From positions 1 to 34,046 of the IMG/VR virus record IMGVR_UViG_3300043416_000072: 34,046 nucleotides of DNA, one strand, 5' to 3'. Both the position numbers and the translations under genes were made by a program. The notes under the pieces were generated by a model. That model was not told the origin of the DNA. It made no database searches and was given only the letters and a program-made list of their open reading frames with translations. Of this stretch, positions 32,510-34,046 are shown one piece after another (the stretch's first letter is position 1; each line of letters begins with the position of its first letter). This stretch comes from a virus (Duplodnaviria; Caudoviricetes).

Positions 32510-32988
32510 TGGCACGTCCAGCAATTCCATTTGACGTTTTGTATGAGCGATATGCTGTGCCAATCCCTTTTTGCGGGTGCAGGATTTGGACTGGAAGTCT
32601 TACAAAGCATGGGTATGGAAAGCTAACAGAAGGCAAGAAAAAAACAATAAGTGCGCATAAAAAAACATATGAGCATTTTGTCGCCAAAGTTCCTGATGGC
32701 ATGGTTGTAATGCACGAATGTGATATGCCTTCTTGCGTCAATCCAAACCATCTTAGGGTTGGAAGCACATTAGATAATGTGCAAGACAAAGTTAAAAAGA
32801 ACAGGCAAGCCAAAGGTGTTTCTCACGGAAGGTCTAAACTTTCTAACGAGCAAGTGCGCAGGGCAAAATTTGGCGGAGAAAACTTGAAAAATCTTGCTGT
32901 TGAGTTTGGTTGCTCTAAAATTGCTTTGAACCAAATAAGAAGCGGTCGATATTGGAAGCACATCACACAAGATGCGGGAGTGATCTAA
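32509..32988 (+). CDS. HNH homing endonuclease (second)
   Basis: GCRIWTG...GYG...AHK...VMHECDMPSCVNPNHLRVGS..DNVQD; TAATG-coupled start 32509. Confidence 0.9.
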   Translation: MARPAIPFDVLYERYAVPIPFCGCRIWTGSLTKHGYGKLTEGKKKTISAHKKTYEHFVAKVPDGMVVMHECDMPSCVNPNHLRVGSTLDNVQDKVKKNRQAKGVSHGRSKLSNEQVRRAKFGGENLKNLAVEFGCSKIALNQIRSGRYWKHITQDAGVI

Positions 32989-33606
32989 ATGAGTTTTGAA
33001 ACCTACACTGAGCTACAGACAACCATTGCAAATTATCTTGCTCGGTCTGATCTGACCACACAGATTCCTGATTTCATTCGCTTGGCTGAGTTGCGTTTGC
33101 GCCGTGATCTGCGTATTCGTCAAATGCTGAAGTCTGTCACCACCGTTACTGTTGCTGGTGACGAGACTGTAGAACTTCCAAGTGATTTCCTTGAAGTGCG
33201 TGATCTTGTAATCGTTGGCACTCCTGTTCAACCATTGAGCTATTACAGCCCGTCAGCGTTTAACCGCAACACACGGTCATGGGAATCTGGAAAGCCGATT
33301 GACTACACGGTCTTGGCTAACGACTTTCAATTGTCTCCAGTCCCTGACGCTGTATATACAGTCAAGATGTTCTACTTTGCATCGCCTACGTTCTTGAGTA
33401 GCTCAAACGCAAGCAACGCTTTCTTGGCTAACACTCCTGATGCTTTGCTTTACGGCTCCTTGCTTGAGGCTGCTCCGTACTTGATGGACGATGCCCGAAT
33501 CAACACATGGGGAACTATGTTTGATCGTGCTATGGCTTCCATTACTCGCTCTGACGAGCAAGGCCAATACTCAGGCGTACCGCTTGTAATCAAAACAACT
33601 CTGTGA
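32989..33606 (+). CDS. Head-tail adaptor / tail tubular protein A-like
   Basis: YLARSDLT..IPDFIRLAE, LPSDFLE, PDALLYGSLLEAAPYL motifs. Confidence 0.8.
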   Translation: MSFETYTELQTTIANYLARSDLTTQIPDFIRLAELRLRRDLRIRQMLKSVTTVTVAGDETVELPSDFLEVRDLVIVGTPVQPLSYYSPSAFNRNTRSWESGKPIDYTVLANDFQLSPVPDAVYTVKMFYFASPTFLSSSNASNAFLANTPDALLYGSLLEAAPYLMDDARINTWGTMFDRAMASITRSDEQGQYSGVPLVIKTTL

Positions 33607-33614
33607 GGTGAATC

Positions 33615-34001
33615 ATGTCTGAAATGTCAAACTACTTGGAGAACGCGCTTATTAACGCGACTCTTCGCAATACGTCTTACACAAGCCCAACGACTGTGTA
33701 TCTTGCTTTGTACACCAGCGATCCAACTGACGCTGATACTGGTACTGAAGTTACTGGCGGCTCTTATGCTCGTCAGTCAATCACGTTTGGCGCACCTTCT
33801 AATGGTGTATCCACCAACAGCGCGGCTATTGAGTTTCCTCAAGCTGGCGCGTCTTGGGGCACTGTTAGCTACGTGGGCATCCGTGATGCGTCTACCGCTG
33901 GTAACTTGTTGTTTCACACTGCCCTGGATGCGTCTAAAACGATTGCCACTGGTGACGTTTTCCGTGTTGCTATCGGCTCTCTTAGCGTTGCCTTTGCATA
34001 A
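33615..34001 (+). CDS. Small virion structural / tail-fibre-type protein
   Basis: MSNYLENAL, VYLALYTSDP, EVTGGSYARQ, WGTV, GNLLF motifs; SD GAGG. Confidence 0.75.
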   Translation: MSEMSNYLENALINATLRNTSYTSPTTVYLALYTSDPTDADTGTEVTGGSYARQSITFGAPSNGVSTNSAAIEFPQAGASWGTVSYVGIRDASTAGNLLFHTALDASKTIATGDVFRVAIGSLSVAFA

Positions 34002-34046
34002 TGGCTGACCTGCTTCCACCGTGGACGATAGATAGTCTTGACCAGC
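33920..34046. repeat. Terminal direct repeat (copy 2), identical to 1-127
   Basis: Exact 127-nt match to the window start. Confidence 0.97.

Overview
The window is a complete, circularly permuted tailed-phage genome of about 33.9 kb: positions 1-127 are identical to 33920-34046, giving a unit length of 33,919 bp. The morphogenesis module is podovirus/P22-like (TerS, PBSX-type TerL, portal, scaffold, major capsid, adaptor, tail-tube/stabilisation protein, ejection proteins, tail fibre with S74 chaperone). It also has a multi-membrane-protein lysis cassette ending in a GH108 endolysin, a short leftward early operon (ERF, SSB-like, lipoprotein, MazG-like), and a rightward replication/nin-like operon (O-like initiator with internal iterons, NinB, DNA methyltransferase, many small modular ORFs, glutaredoxin). 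There are three free-standing homing endonucleases. I recognised no integrase, CI-like repressor, polymerase, helicase, tRNA, CRISPR or reverse transcriptase. The host is probably a freshwater Burkholderiales (inference only). The most interesting signals are non-coding. (1) A two-hairpin leader RNA with exactly complementary 7-nt loops sits in front of the replication initiator; its second hairpin is a terminator. (2) A recurring CAACC-loop-GGA internal-loop RNA motif occurs at three late-gene starts. (3) A 15-bp operator-like box lies at near-fixed spacing from -10 elements at three promoter regions. (4) A loop-E-containing RNA lies in the early operon. A T4-T-like holin and a linker-joined cassette array also stand out. 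All family assignments come from motif recognition by eye, not from database searches.
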